From assembly GCF_965227005.1 (NCBI RefSeq), contig NZ_CBDDFJ010000034.1, forward strand, positions 56,855 to 96,854: a stretch of 40,000 bases of DNA, written 5' to 3'. Below are positions 6,700 to 17,189 of this stretch, one piece after another. This DNA is from Roseococcus sp. (lineage in GTDB: Bacteria; Pseudomonadota; Alphaproteobacteria; Acetobacterales; Acetobacteraceae). Within the stretch, counting starts at the first letter, position 1. Every line of letters starts with the position of its first letter. A program made the position numbers and the translations under genes. Under the pieces are notes generated by a model that saw nothing but the letters and a program-made list of their open reading frames with translations, had not been told where the DNA came from and did no database searches.

Positions 6700-9600
6700 G
6701 TGTTTGTAAAAGTTCGCAGCGGTGAAGGCATAGCGCTAGGTGTTGGCAAGCTGGTGCGACGCGAGGGCGACGCCTGTACGGTCGAGTTCTTCGAGGCTCC
6801 CATTACCCCGCTGGTCGTCCGACAAATGCGTGCTGGAGAGGTGGAACCCGCACCATTGCCTAGTCAGACTCGCGTCTACTACTTCGATCAGCGGACCGAT
6901 ACTTGGGAAATCGGCCGCGTTCTGGATGACCATGGTGACAGCCAACTCATCCAATTTCCGAATAGCAAGAGCCGGCACGTCAGGGTTAGCGAAGTGTTCG
7001 TCCGCTGGAGCCAGGAAGTCGGCGATCCGACGCCCTTCCTGGCGCACAAGATCAACGAGAGTCCTCGTTTTTCCGAGGGCCGCAGCGCATTCGTCCGTTC
7101 GCAAGTGGCGCAGCGGGCCGCTTCAATGGGCCTGTCGGCGCTCCTGGCATCCGCCATCGAACTTGAAGCGCACCAAATCGAAGTCGTGCGTCGGGTACTT
7201 CAGGATCCGGTGCAGCGCTACCTCCTCGCCGACGAGGTCGGCCTGGGTAAGACGATTGAAGCCGGAGTTCTCATCCGCCAATGCGTTCTGGACGCGCCGA
7301 ATGAAGCCGTCGTCCTGATCCTCGCGCCGGCTCCCCTCGTCCGTCAGTGGCGAGGGGAGCTTTCTAATCGGTTTTTCCTCGGGCCCTACCTCGACAAATC
7401 GATCCAAATCGTCGCGCTTGGTGATCATGCCACGACCACTCGATGGCTGCGGATCGCGACCATGTTGGTCATCGATGAGGCGCACCACCTGAGCCACACC
7501 ACTGACGGCAAGAAAATCTATCGCGAGATTGCCGCAGTGGCCCCGGCCATCGAGCGTGTGTTGCTGCTCTCAGCCACGCCTGCCCTTCACAACGAGCGTG
7601 GGTTTCTGGAGATGCTTCATCTCCTCGATCCGAGGGCCTATCCGCTTGACGATGAGGAAGCGTTTCGGCGCAAGGTGCGGGACCGGCAGGCCATTGCCGA
7701 GATCGTCGCGACCCTCACCCCGGAGAATGCGCTGCACCTCGACTATGTGCTCGATCAGCTCGGCAAGCTCTTCCCGGACGATGCTCTGCTCCAGGAGCAT
7801 GCCCAGGCGCTACGGTCGGTGTTGGATGCAATACCGACCGAGGACGATCCCGTGCTGATCGACGCGGTGGCCAAGGTTCATGCCCACCTGAGCGAGGTTT
7901 ATCGCCTCCACCGGCGCATTCTGCGCTACCGTCGGCGCAGCGTCAGCGGGCTCACGCCGGACCGGGCTGGGGTGCGAGTAATCAATTATCGTAGTCCCGG
8001 TCGCACGAACCTTATCGCGGCGCTGGAAGACTGGCGCTTCGTGGAGGCCTCGGCGCTGAGCGGGGTTACCGATGGCCAAGCCTGGACCCCGCCGGTGCAA
8101 ACATTCTGGAGCATGCTCGAGCGCGCCTCCGAGTATGCTCTGGTTTCGTCGGGGCGGGCGTCAAACGCCTTTGAGCGAACGGTGCATCTGGACGTCCACT
8201 TTAAGGAGCGACTGGATGCGCTGAGTCGTGCGCTGCCCGCGATGATGACCGATGGCGCGCATATCGTCCTGTTCTGTTCGGAGACGGCAACTGCTGACGC
8301 CATTTCGGTCGCACTCGGCAGGTCCCTCAGGGTTCCAGTCTATCGCCATCGCGCTGACGACGACGGCTGGCTCCAGTTTACCGAGGCGTCCGCGAATGCG
8401 GTCCTGGTATGCGATCGCCAGGCAGAGGAGGGTCTCAATCTTCAAGGTGGGCGGAAGATCGTGGTTCACTACGACCTGCCGCTCAATCCGAACCGGATCG
8501 AGCAGCGCCTTGGAAGGACAGATCGCTACGGCGCGGGCGATCCGGTCCTGTCAGTGGCGCTTCTATGTTTGGACGACCCCGTCGATCGGGCGTGGTTCGA
8601 GTACCTGAACACAGGACTCAGGCTGTTCGAGCGCTCGGTCGCCGGACTGCAGTACCTGATCGAGGACACCACTCTGCGGCTGGCTCCGGCAATGTTCGCC
8701 GATGGCGTCGAGGCACTGATCGAATTGACGGCGGCGAGCTTTGGCCCTGCCGGCCTCGTCGAAGGGGAGATGCGCGCGCTCGATCAACAGGACGCGCTCG
8801 ATTCACTGGGTGCGCCTCCGACGGCATTTTACGATCAGCTATCCGATCTCGACGCGGATTGGGCCGAAATCGCCGCCGCCACCACGCTCTGGATCGAGCG
8901 CACGCTGCAGTTCAGCCGCGTGGAGGAGGGCCAGGCCCCCGCCCGGTCAGGGAACGCTGGCCCATTTCGTTACCTTTACACCACCGACCACCCGCGTACG
9001 TTGATACCGCTCCCGGTCCTATTGGAGTTCTGCCGCCCGGCGCTCGACCTTTCGGTGGCGGCCCGGGGTGGCCGCGCAGTGCGAACCATCCCTTACGCCT
9101 TCAGCCGCCGGGTCGCGCTAGCCCGGAAGTCGCGTCGCGATGGGGTCGCCATGATGCGGTACGGCGATCCGTTCGTGGCAGGCATCACCGAGGTGACGCA
9201 AGCGGACGATCGCGGCCGAACCTTCGCCATGTGGCGCTACGTTCCCGGCTATCGCGCCGATCTGCTGGCGGATCTCCACTTCCGCTTCGATTTTGTGGTG
9301 GAAGCGGACGTGGCGGCGGCCGCCGCAGAACTCGCGGCGCGCGGCGTGGGCGGGGGCGCCTCGGCGGCTGCAGCCCGCCGCCGGGCCGACATGTCGCTTC
9401 CGCCGTTCTTCAAAACCGTCTGGCTCAACAGCGAACTGCTGCCGGTCGACGACCCGGACAAGCTCAAGGCCCTCGAACAGCCCTACGCTCCGGATGGCCG
9501 TGGCGCCGTGGGCCGCGACCTGAATCTGAACGCCCAGCGTTGGCGCCGTCTGAGTCGGCTCGACATACCTGAGTTAGAGAATTGGCCTGCGCTCTGTGCC

Positions 9601-9903
9601 GAGGCGCGCAAACGGGCGGAGGTGATCCTGCATGCCCGCGAGGATCTGGCCGAACGTCTGGCGCGCGCTGATCGCAGCGCAGCCGAGGTCGAACATGGCC
9701 GGCTCGGGCAACTTCGCGCCCGGGCGCGGGTCGAGGCGGCGTCCTTCGGCGATCCCGTCGCGGACTTGCAACTGGAGGAGGCTCTCTTCGCGGCATTGCG
9801 ATCGGGCATTCGCGCGCCGAGGATTCGGGTCGACTCCATCGGGGCCGTCTTCATGAGCGGCGATCGCGCCGCGACCGACGTCGTGGACGGCGGCGCCACA
9901 TGA
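6700..9903 (+). CDS. dpdE: SNF2-family helicase/ATPase, DpdE-type (first gene of the restriction operon)
   Basis: 1067 aa. GTG start with GGGGAAG ~10 nt upstream. SNF2 motifs: 'LLADEVGLGKTIEAG' (I), 'LVIDEAHHL' (II), 'LLLSATPALHNERGFLEMLHLLDP' (III), 'AVLVCDRQAEEGLNLQ' (V) and 'HYDLPLNPNRIEQRLGRTDRYG' (VI). Confidence 0.75.
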   Translation: MFVKVRSGEGIALGVGKLVRREGDACTVEFFEAPITPLVVRQMRAGEVEPAPLPSQTRVYYFDQRTDTWEIGRVLDDHGDSQLIQFPNSKSRHVRVSEVFVRWSQEVGDPTPFLAHKINESPRFSEGRSAFVRSQVAQRAASMGLSALLASAIELEAHQIEVVRRVLQDPVQRYLLADEVGLGKTIEAGVLIRQCVLDAPNEAVVLILAPAPLVRQWRGELSNRFFLGPYLDKSIQIVALGDHATTTRWLRIATMLVIDEAHHLSHTTDGKKIYREIAAVAPAIERVLLLSATPALHNERGFLEMLHLLDPRAYPLDDEEAFRRKVRDRQAIAEIVATLTPENALHLDYVLDQLGKLFPDDALLQEHAQALRSVLDAIPTEDDPVLIDAVAKVHAHLSEVYRLHRRILRYRRRSVSGLTPDRAGVRVINYRSPGRTNLIAALEDWRFVEASALSGVTDGQAWTPPVQTFWSMLERASEYALVSSGRASNAFERTVHLDVHFKERLDALSRALPAMMTDGAHIVLFCSETATADAISVALGRSLRVPVYRHRADDDGWLQFTEASANAVLVCDRQAEEGLNLQGGRKIVVHYDLPLNPNRIEQRLGRTDRYGAGDPVLSVALLCLDDPVDRAWFEYLNTGLRLFERSVAGLQYLIEDTTLRLAPAMFADGVEALIELTAASFGPAGLVEGEMRALDQQDALDSLGAPPTAFYDQLSDLDADWAEIAAATTLWIERTLQFSRVEEGQAPARSGNAGPFRYLYTTDHPRTLIPLPVLLEFCRPALDLSVAARGGRAVRTIPYAFSRRVALARKSRRDGVAMMRYGDPFVAGITEVTQADDRGRTFAMWRYVPGYRADLLADLHFRFDFVVEADVAAAAAELAARGVGGGASAAAARRRADMSLPPFFKTVWLNSELLPVDDPDKLKALEQPYAPDGRGAVGRDLNLNAQRWRRLSRLDIPELENWPALCAEARKRAEVILHAREDLAERLARADRSAAEVEHGRLGQLRARARVEAASFGDPVADLQLEEALFAALRSGIRAPRIRVDSIGAVFMSGDRAATDVVDGGAT

Positions 9904-12485
9904 CCGTTCTCGACTTCAGTTCGCTGCAGCGCCTATTCGACGCGTTTCCAGACGGACCAATCCCGTCGCGGGCCGAGGATGGAGTCTTCGACCGCCTGGG
10001 CCAGATCCTTGCGGCGTCGCGTGCGGCCGGTCGCCTAGTCTGCCAGACAGACCTCATGGCATTGGTGCGCCATGTCCTGCGCCGCCATTCGCTTCACGCA
10101 TCGCAACCCGCCCTGTTGGCCGTGCCAGTCGCTCAGGGGTGGCCAACCCGCGAGGGATGGGAGCAGTTTGGGATGCGCGCTCAGAGCGGCAGCACGGGGC
10201 GCTGGTTGATCGAGGCCAGACCCTGGCGGCCGGCGTGGGTGGCCGACTCTGACAACCCGATCTTTGAAGACGTGTTCGCGGAGCATCACGTTCGTTTGAA
10301 CTGGGTGCGGCCCATCGATCCATTCGTCGGCGAAGCCAGCCGGTTTGCCGACTACGTTTCGCCCGGGCAGCGCGAAGCGGTCCGCAGCGCGATCCTTCTG
10401 CCTCCTGGCGAGACGCTGATCGTCGGGCTGCCGACCGGGTCCGGAAAAAGCTTAGTCGCCCAGGCCCCGATGCTCATCGGTGGGCCGGAGGGAAGCTTGA
10501 GCGTCTGCGTCGTTCCCACGACGGCGCTGGCGATCGATCAGGCGAGACAGACGGCGGATCTCCTTAAGGCGCGCTTTCCCAATCGCGAGGTCCCGCCGCT
10601 GGCGTGGTTCTCGGGGCTCGACGAAGGGGCGCGCGTGGCAATCAAGAGGGCCATTCGCGAGGGCCGTCAGCGCATCCTCTACTGTTCGCCGGAAGCCATC
10701 ACCGGTGCGCTGCTGCCGACCCTGTATGAGTGCGCCAAGTCGGGTTTGCTGGCCTATCTTGTCATCGACGAAGCGCACCTGGTCAGCCAGTGGGGCGACG
10801 GCTTCCGGCCGGCCTTTCAAATGTTGGCAGGCGTTAGGCGCGGCCTCTTGGGCGCCTGCGCCGGCCCGCCCTTCAAGACCCTGCTGATGTCCGCGACGCT
10901 CACGCCCGACACGGTGCGGACCATTGAAACTTTGTTCGGTCCCGCCCGGACGACGCGCATGGTGGCGTCGATCTATCTGCGGCCGGAGCCGCAATACTGG
11001 TTTCATCGCGAAGACGATGCCCAGACGAAGACCCAAAAGGTGCTCGAAGCCCTCCGTCACGCGCCGCGCCCGTTCATCCTCTATGTCACAGAGCGCCGGG
11101 ACGCCCGCCGTTGGCTGAGGATACTGAAGGCGGAGGGATATGCGCGACTGGACTGCTTTCACGGTGAGACGCGTTCCTCAGACAAGGTCGCAATTATCGA
11201 TTCGTGGGCACACAATCGGCTGGACGGCATCGTCGCGACATCGGCGTTCGGGGTCGGGATCGATAAGCGCGACGTCCGCACTATCATTCACGCCGCGGTT
11301 CCGGAGACGCTGGATCGCTTCTACCAAGAGGTTGGTCGCGGCGGCCGCGACGGGCGGTGCTCGGCTGCCGTCATGATCTACTCGGCGGAGGATCGCGGTG
11401 CAGCAAGTCAAATCGCGTCCCCTTCGCTGATTGGGGAGGAACTAGGTTATGAACGGTGGGACGCGATGTACGCGCACGCCGAGCCCGTAGACCCCACAGG
11501 CCACTTGATGCGGCTGGACTTGAGCGTGGTGCCGCCGAGACTGCGCCGCCAGACCGACTACAACGCCGCTTGGAACATGCGAACGCTGATCATGATGGCG
11601 CGGGCCGGCATGCTCGACCTTGAGTCGGAGGCGCCGGAGCGCATCGCCCAGTTCGAGTCAGAAGCCGAGGCCGCGTTCGAGCTTCGCAACGAAGAGCATT
11701 GGGGTCGCTATTTCGGGCAGGTGCTGGTGCGCGTGAAGGAAGGCGCCCACCGCGACAAGGAGGTGTTCGACGCCATCATCTCCCAGGAGCGCACAAGGAC
11801 CTTCGAGGCCGCCAAAGCCGGCGAGGCAATGCTCGACGCCTTGCTTGACGGACGCGTGGAGGTGTCCGCGCTGCTCGACCGTCTCTATCGCAATCACGCC
11901 GACGGGCGTTCAGTGGCCGTGTCGAAGGCCTGCGGCGGGTGTCCTCAGCATCGGCGTGAGGGCGGGGTGCACACGCACTACGCTGAACCCGCCGCGTTCG
12001 GGATCGAGCAGGTCGGACGGCCCGACGCCGGGACTTGGCGGAGCCATTTCCCGCACCTGGACCTTGGTGCGCCCATCATTTTGGCGTTGCCAAAGGACGC
12101 TGAAGAGGATGGCGTTCTGCCGATTCTCGGAGACCTCGTCGCGTTGCTCGGCGTTCGAGAGGTCAGCGTGACGCGCCTGTTCCGAAGTCAAAACGTCGAT
12201 ATCGAGGCGCTTCACAAGCGCGCGCCCGACGGAGTCCTTCTCGTGCAGGATCTGGAGGAAGAGGAGGTCCGCGGTCCGACGTCTTACCAGTTGGCCCGCG
12301 CGAGCGTGTGGGACGCAGGCGAGCAGCAGCCGATACCCATGTTCCTGTTCGGGATGGATCGACCGCTCCACGTGATCCTCGTGGCCGCGACGACGCCGGA
12401 TCCTTGGCATCCTCAGCGCCGGCTCATCGACACCGGCGGGAATGTCCTGTCTTTCGATCAGTTCAAGTCAGGAGTTCGCGCATGA
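9900..12485 (+). CDS. dpdF: RecQ-like SF2 DNA helicase, DpdF-type
   Basis: 861 aa, with an ATGA overlap on the upstream stop. Motifs: 'GLPTGSGKSLVAQAP' (I), 'LVIDEAHLVSQWGDGFRPAF' (II), 'LLMSATLT' (III), 'IVATSAFGVGIDKRDVRTIIH' (V) and 'YQEVGRGGRDG' (VI). A ~350-aa C-terminal extension has no RQC/HRDC motif that I can see. Confidence 0.7.
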   Translation: MTVLDFSSLQRLFDAFPDGPIPSRAEDGVFDRLGQILAASRAAGRLVCQTDLMALVRHVLRRHSLHASQPALLAVPVAQGWPTREGWEQFGMRAQSGSTGRWLIEARPWRPAWVADSDNPIFEDVFAEHHVRLNWVRPIDPFVGEASRFADYVSPGQREAVRSAILLPPGETLIVGLPTGSGKSLVAQAPMLIGGPEGSLSVCVVPTTALAIDQARQTADLLKARFPNREVPPLAWFSGLDEGARVAIKRAIREGRQRILYCSPEAITGALLPTLYECAKSGLLAYLVIDEAHLVSQWGDGFRPAFQMLAGVRRGLLGACAGPPFKTLLMSATLTPDTVRTIETLFGPARTTRMVASIYLRPEPQYWFHREDDAQTKTQKVLEALRHAPRPFILYVTERRDARRWLRILKAEGYARLDCFHGETRSSDKVAIIDSWAHNRLDGIVATSAFGVGIDKRDVRTIIHAAVPETLDRFYQEVGRGGRDGRCSAAVMIYSAEDRGAASQIASPSLIGEELGYERWDAMYAHAEPVDPTGHLMRLDLSVVPPRLRRQTDYNAAWNMRTLIMMARAGMLDLESEAPERIAQFESEAEAAFELRNEEHWGRYFGQVLVRVKEGAHRDKEVFDAIISQERTRTFEAAKAGEAMLDALLDGRVEVSALLDRLYRNHADGRSVAVSKACGGCPQHRREGGVHTHYAEPAAFGIEQVGRPDAGTWRSHFPHLDLGAPIILALPKDAEEDGVLPILGDLVALLGVREVSVTRLFRSQNVDIEALHKRAPDGVLLVQDLEEEEVRGPTSYQLARASVWDAGEQQPIPMFLFGMDRPLHVILVAATTPDPWHPQRRLIDTGGNVLSFDQFKSGVRA

Positions 12486-13381
12486 GCGTCTTGAACCAGG
12501 CCAGCGACGGGCTCTTCAACGTACTCATCGTCCTTGTTCGGGTGATCATCCGGTTCGGCCCTCGCAACCGCGAGGACTTGCTGCGGGCCTGCGGTGCGGA
12601 CATCGCGTCCGTTAACGCCGGCATGCTGACAAACACACTGAACCGCTGGCAGGAGCTAGGTCTCTTCGAGACCCGCGACGGCATGGTGTCGCTTGCAGAT
12701 CCGCACCGAGCAGCGCTTGGGTCGACGGCCGACGTGGCGGAAGAACAGTTACCCAAGGTGGCGCGCACTATCGCCCTCGCCTCGGCTAACAACCTTCGCT
12801 TTTGGGAGAACGAGCGCGCCAAGAGCGCGGATCTCAGTCGCGGCGTGGCCTGGATGCTCGCCCAGGACATCTACGAACTCGACACCACGACGAACGGCCT
12901 CCAGGAACAGGAAACCCTACAATTTCGTGGCAAGACGAGCACGATCGTGCAGAACAACACGCGCTGGGCGGGTCTCCGAACATGGATGGGCTACCTTGGC
13001 TTCGGGCGCGAAGGCAGTCCTTGGCAGGTCGATCCGACCGAAGCCTTGCGAGACGCGCTGCCTGAGATCTTTGCAACCGATTGGACCTTGCCAGCGTCCG
13101 AATTTGTCGAGCGCGCCGCTAAGGTTCTTCCGGTCCTCGACGGCGGCGCCTACCGGCAAGAGGTGGAGACTGCACTTAAGGACACCGCTTGGGTCGGGCC
13201 GCGCGAGGGGATGCTCTCGACGTCGCTCTCGCGTGCCGTTCAGCGCCTCGACCGCGAGAAGGCGATTGAACTCAAACACGAGAGCGACACCGAGGACGCG
13301 CTTTCGCTTTCTGGGAGCGGCGGTCGAATCTGGCGCGACATAACCCATTTCGCTCTTACCCCGACGAAGGCGGTTCGGTGA
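12482..13381 (+). CDS. Hypothetical protein occupying the DpdG position
   Basis: 299 aa from ATG 12482 (ATGA overlap with the stop at 12485). The longer track ORF from 12308 lies inside the preceding gene. No motif recognised, so it is named by position only. Confidence 0.55.
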   Translation: MSVLNQASDGLFNVLIVLVRVIIRFGPRNREDLLRACGADIASVNAGMLTNTLNRWQELGLFETRDGMVSLADPHRAALGSTADVAEEQLPKVARTIALASANNLRFWENERAKSADLSRGVAWMLAQDIYELDTTTNGLQEQETLQFRGKTSTIVQNNTRWAGLRTWMGYLGFGREGSPWQVDPTEALRDALPEIFATDWTLPASEFVERAAKVLPVLDGGAYRQEVETALKDTAWVGPREGMLSTSLSRAVQRLDREKAIELKHESDTEDALSLSGSGGRIWRDITHFALTPTKAVR

Positions 13382-16300
13382 TGTTGGAAGCCTACTGGCC
13401 GAGTGCCGAGCAAGTTAACGCGTGCATCAAGAACGAGGCAGAGACGGCCTCTGCGTCCGTGCTGCTGGCTGTGCATCAGCCGAGTCTGCTGACCACGCGC
13501 AATGTCGGCACCAACATCCCCGCGCCGGCGAGCGAACAGGATCTCCTGGACGCCTTCCTGACCGACAACACGCCGGGCGGCTACGTGCTGACCCCAATTA
13601 CCGGCCCATCCGGCATCGGAAAGTCCCACGTCATTCGTTGGCTCGATGCGCAGCTGCGCCGCTCGCCCAAGAGCGACAAGCTGCTCATCATCAAGATCCC
13701 GAAGAGCGCCAGCTTGCGGCGCGTCGTCGAACTGATCCTCGAGCCGCTGGCCGATGATCCTCGCTACGCCAAGTCACGCGAAGAGTTGACCCGCGCGATC
13801 TCCGAAGTGGACGCCGGCGAGGCTGTGGTGCTCTTTCGGGCTCAGCTTGAAGTGGCGCTCGCGGCGCGTGCCGTGGCGTTCCAGGCCGAGGCGCGGGAGC
13901 ACCCTGAGCGCGGCGCCCAACTGCGACCGCTGATGGGTCACGCAAAATCACTCCCGCAGCTATTCTCGGACGCGGCGCTTAAGCAGCACTTCGCCGAGAA
14001 GGTGCTGGCGCGGGTCATTGCGCGCGCCCTGTTGGGACGCTCGGACGCGGCCATCGACGATGAGACCCAGTCACAATTCTTCCCCGACGATCTCATCATC
14101 CCCGACGATGTGCCATTAGGCGAAGCTGCACATGCAGTCCGGACGTACTACCAGACGCAGCTCGCCGCGGGTGACGCGAGCCGGCGCCAACGCGCGGTCG
14201 ATCTCCTCAACACCGTCGTCGATTCGGCCATCCGCAATGTCTTCCAGCTGGAGCAGAACACGGGGGGGATGACTCTCCAGGACATCATCCTCGGCGTCCG
14301 CAAGATCTTATTCGAGGACGGGCGCGATCTCGTCTTGCTGATCGAGGATTTCGCCGCCCTCGCGGGCATCCAGGAGGTGCTCCTCAAGGTCTGCATCCAG
14401 GAGGGCGAGTATGAGGGGCGCAAGGTGCAAGCGACCATGCGCACCGCCCTGGCCTTGACCGACGGCTACCTGACGTCCCGCGACACGATCCTCACTCGGG
14501 CACAACGGGTCTGGGTAGTCGGTGACAGGCAGCTGACCGATGAGGAGATCAAGAGCAACGTCGTCGAGATGGCCGGTGCCTACCTCAACGCCGCCCGTTG
14601 GGGGGCGGCCGCCATTCAGGAACGGTTCGAGGACCGGGCAGACAGCGCTGACCTTTCGGGTCGGGACTGGCTGCCGTCGTGGCACGACGAACTTCAATCC
14701 GACGAAGCTACGGCCGCCTTGGAAGCATTCGGATTCTCGAACCGAGGCGACCCTCTATTTCCGTTCAATCGGTCCGCGCTTGAGCAGTTGACGAACCGCC
14801 ACCTAGCGGCAGGTGGCCGCCTGGTGTTCAAACCCCGGACCGTGGTCAACGAGATTCTCCGCAGCGCGCTGTTGATGCGCCCAGTATTCGAGCGCGGGGC
14901 GTTTCCGCCCACCGATTTCCAAGGCCTGCGCCCCAATGGCTTCCTGGCGGAATGGACCTCTCAAAGCAGTGCGACAGACGCGCAGAAGGGACGGCTAGGG
15001 GCCTTGCTGGCCACCTGGGGCGGCAACGCGCCCAATCAATCTACGCTCGCCCAAGTGCCGCCGGCCTTGTTCACGACGTTCGGGCTGCCAACACCGGTGG
15101 CGCTGGCGAACCTCAAGCATGTTCCAAAGCCACCCGAGCAGCAAACCAGCGGTCCGCGCGAGCAGACCATAACGCCCCAGGTCCCGCCCGCTCCCTCTGA
15201 GACCGCAGCCGAGGACCCGCTGATCGTCGAGTGGAACCGAAAGCTCGAGGCATGGGCTCAGGACGGCGAAATGCTGCCGCAGACGGAGGCGCGGCAACTT
15301 CGGACCCTGCTGGCTGACATGCTAACCGACGCCATGGATTGGCCCGCGCTGCGGTTGCGCAAGCGGGCGATTCGACCAACTTGGTTGTCTATTGCCGGCG
15401 CGCGAAACAACCCGACGGTCGGACGTGTGTTAACGGTTTGCGATCAACAACAAGACCCTTCGGGCGCCATTCGCGCCGGGTTCCTGGGCGCCGTCCGATT
15501 CGACCTTCACCGCCGCCGTTGGTCGTATCCTGAGGCTGATCGAGACTACGTCGCGACGGCCGCTATCGTTGACGATCTGAAGCGGCAACTGACACCGCTC
15601 CTGCTGGAGGAGGCTCGGGGTCAAGCGGCGGCAGTTGGCTCTGCCTTGCTGACGCAGGCGCGGATCGCAGGGCTGGCGCCGCCGATCCGGGTCTCTGGCG
15701 CCGCTGGGATGCTGCCGGCACTTTTTGTGCCGTTGCCGACGCCGGAGCCGACCTCCAACGAAGCCTGGGATCAGTTGCGGCGCGATACCTTCCCGCCTCA
15801 GATGCGCGAAAAGCTTCAAAAAGAGCTGTTTGACCGCGTCGCCAGCTTCCAAGGAACTGGCGCGCAAGCGTTTGCGGTGGACACGGCGCGGCTGACGGAG
15901 GCCTTGTCGTCCAGCGATGGGGCGGCGAATGGGCTTCCGGAAGAACTTCCTCCATTCATCGCGTCGGTCGGCACATCGCGTCTCTGGAACCGACTGTCGC
16001 CGCTGATTGCCCGTCTGCTCGGCTTCCAGAACGAGATCGCTGAGTTCATCGACGACACTTTCGACAAAGCCATGTTTGTCGCCGACCTGCGTGACGTCGC
16101 CCTCCTGCTGCAGGCGACAGGCGTCTGGCCGCATAGTCTGAAGCTGGCTGAGTTTGAGCAGCGCGTGACCGAGTTTCAGTCGAGCGCCATCGTCGATCTG
16201 ATCGAGAAGCTCGCGACGATCACGGGCGAAAACGATCGTGAACAGACACCCCGGCTGTTGAACGCTCTCGGCGCCCTTGACCTCAACCTCATTCAACGAA

Positions 16301-16473
16301 CGGCGGCGTTCCTCGCCACTACCAAGGAGTTGTTCGATTTGGCAGAGCCGCGGGTTGCCCAATTGGAGAGGTCGCACGGCCAGGCCAACCCGGAGGTTGT
16401 GGCCGACGAACTCATCGATCTTCTGACTGTCATGGTGGGCGATGAACCTCCAACTTCCGAGGCTGCGGCATGA
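13378..16473 (+). CDS. Large P-loop NTPase occupying the DpdH position
   Basis: 1031 aa with a GTGA overlap. Walker A 'ITGPSGIGKSHVIRWL' and Walker B-like 'DLVLLIEDFAALAG'. The remaining ~750 aa have no motif I can name. Confidence 0.6.
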   Translation: MMLEAYWPSAEQVNACIKNEAETASASVLLAVHQPSLLTTRNVGTNIPAPASEQDLLDAFLTDNTPGGYVLTPITGPSGIGKSHVIRWLDAQLRRSPKSDKLLIIKIPKSASLRRVVELILEPLADDPRYAKSREELTRAISEVDAGEAVVLFRAQLEVALAARAVAFQAEAREHPERGAQLRPLMGHAKSLPQLFSDAALKQHFAEKVLARVIARALLGRSDAAIDDETQSQFFPDDLIIPDDVPLGEAAHAVRTYYQTQLAAGDASRRQRAVDLLNTVVDSAIRNVFQLEQNTGGMTLQDIILGVRKILFEDGRDLVLLIEDFAALAGIQEVLLKVCIQEGEYEGRKVQATMRTALALTDGYLTSRDTILTRAQRVWVVGDRQLTDEEIKSNVVEMAGAYLNAARWGAAAIQERFEDRADSADLSGRDWLPSWHDELQSDEATAALEAFGFSNRGDPLFPFNRSALEQLTNRHLAAGGRLVFKPRTVVNEILRSALLMRPVFERGAFPPTDFQGLRPNGFLAEWTSQSSATDAQKGRLGALLATWGGNAPNQSTLAQVPPALFTTFGLPTPVALANLKHVPKPPEQQTSGPREQTITPQVPPAPSETAAEDPLIVEWNRKLEAWAQDGEMLPQTEARQLRTLLADMLTDAMDWPALRLRKRAIRPTWLSIAGARNNPTVGRVLTVCDQQQDPSGAIRAGFLGAVRFDLHRRRWSYPEADRDYVATAAIVDDLKRQLTPLLLEEARGQAAAVGSALLTQARIAGLAPPIRVSGAAGMLPALFVPLPTPEPTSNEAWDQLRRDTFPPQMREKLQKELFDRVASFQGTGAQAFAVDTARLTEALSSSDGAANGLPEELPPFIASVGTSRLWNRLSPLIARLLGFQNEIAEFIDDTFDKAMFVADLRDVALLLQATGVWPHSLKLAEFEQRVTEFQSSAIVDLIEKLATITGENDREQTPRLLNALGALDLNLIQRTAAFLATTKELFDLAEPRVAQLERSHGQANPEVVADELIDLLTVMVGDEPPTSEAAA

Positions 16474-17189
16474 CAAGCTCCCTTCCGGATCGCGTGCGGG
16501 ATCTGCGCCGCCGCCTGAAGCAGGTCCAGGATCTCGGTGACAAGGTTCGGGAAGCTGGACGAATCAACGACCTGCGCGCCGAGTTGGCAGCGCCGATCGC
16601 TGCCCTGAAGCAACAACTTGAGCAGCGAGCTATCCTGCAAGGCGCGGGCCTAACGGCTAGCCTGCCGGTCAGCCTTGAACCCAGGCGGGGGCGGACAGCG
16701 GTTTTGCTCGAGCGCTTCCGCGCTGACCGATCTGCCGCGACGCTCAAAAAGGGTCGATCATGGACCCAACTGCTGGCTGACGTAGATGAGGCGGCACGGG
16801 AGGTCGGCAAGGTCCTGGATACGGCTTGGCTCGCCTACAAGGAGGACCAATTCAGCGGCGACAAGCCGGCCGATGTCCGTAACCGTCTCGCCATGACGCG
16901 GGAGAATGCTGACGCCTTTAAGACCTACGAAGACCTCTACAAGCGCTTCGGCGCCTTCAGCGTCCGACCGCGTGACGCCGCAGCATTGGCGGATGCTAAG
17001 ACTCTCGCCCGCGGACTCCGCGCGGCTGCAACCCGATTCGACTTCGATGTCCCGCCAGACGTGAAGGCCTTCCTGGACGCCGTGCAGGAAGGTGGGGCAC
17101 CGCTGCTACTGCTGACCGAGCCGGTCAAGGACTGGCTGCTGGCGAACAACGCGCTGCAAAACTATCGCATACGCGCCGTGGCAGCCTGA
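16470..17189 (+). CDS. Hypothetical helical protein occupying the DpdI position
   Basis: 239 aa with an ATGA overlap. Charged, helix-prone sequence. No motif recognised. Confidence 0.5.
   Translation: MTSSLPDRVRDLRRRLKQVQDLGDKVREAGRINDLRAELAAPIAALKQQLEQRAILQGAGLTASLPVSLEPRRGRTAVLLERFRADRSAATLKKGRSWTQLLADVDEAAREVGKVLDTAWLAYKEDQFSGDKPADVRNRLAMTRENADAFKTYEDLYKRFGAFSVRPRDAAALADAKTLARGLRAAATRFDFDVPPDVKAFLDAVQEGGAPLLLLTEPVKDWLLANNALQNYRIRAVAA

Noticed and set aside
14262-14268. G7 homopolymer inside the P-loop NTPase gene, as a possible phase-variation switch
   Set aside because: Seven G's is below the length usually associated with slipped-strand phase variation and is unremarkable in a GC-rich genome. 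The reading frame is intact.
15430-16476. 348-aa minus-strand ORF, plus other antisense ORFs inside the Dpd genes (for example 10452-11162, 11910-12410, 19104-19622, 22145-22762)
   Set aside because: They are antisense to long, motif-bearing, translationally coupled genes and have low-complexity Arg/Pro-rich translations. I treat them as GC-driven shadows.
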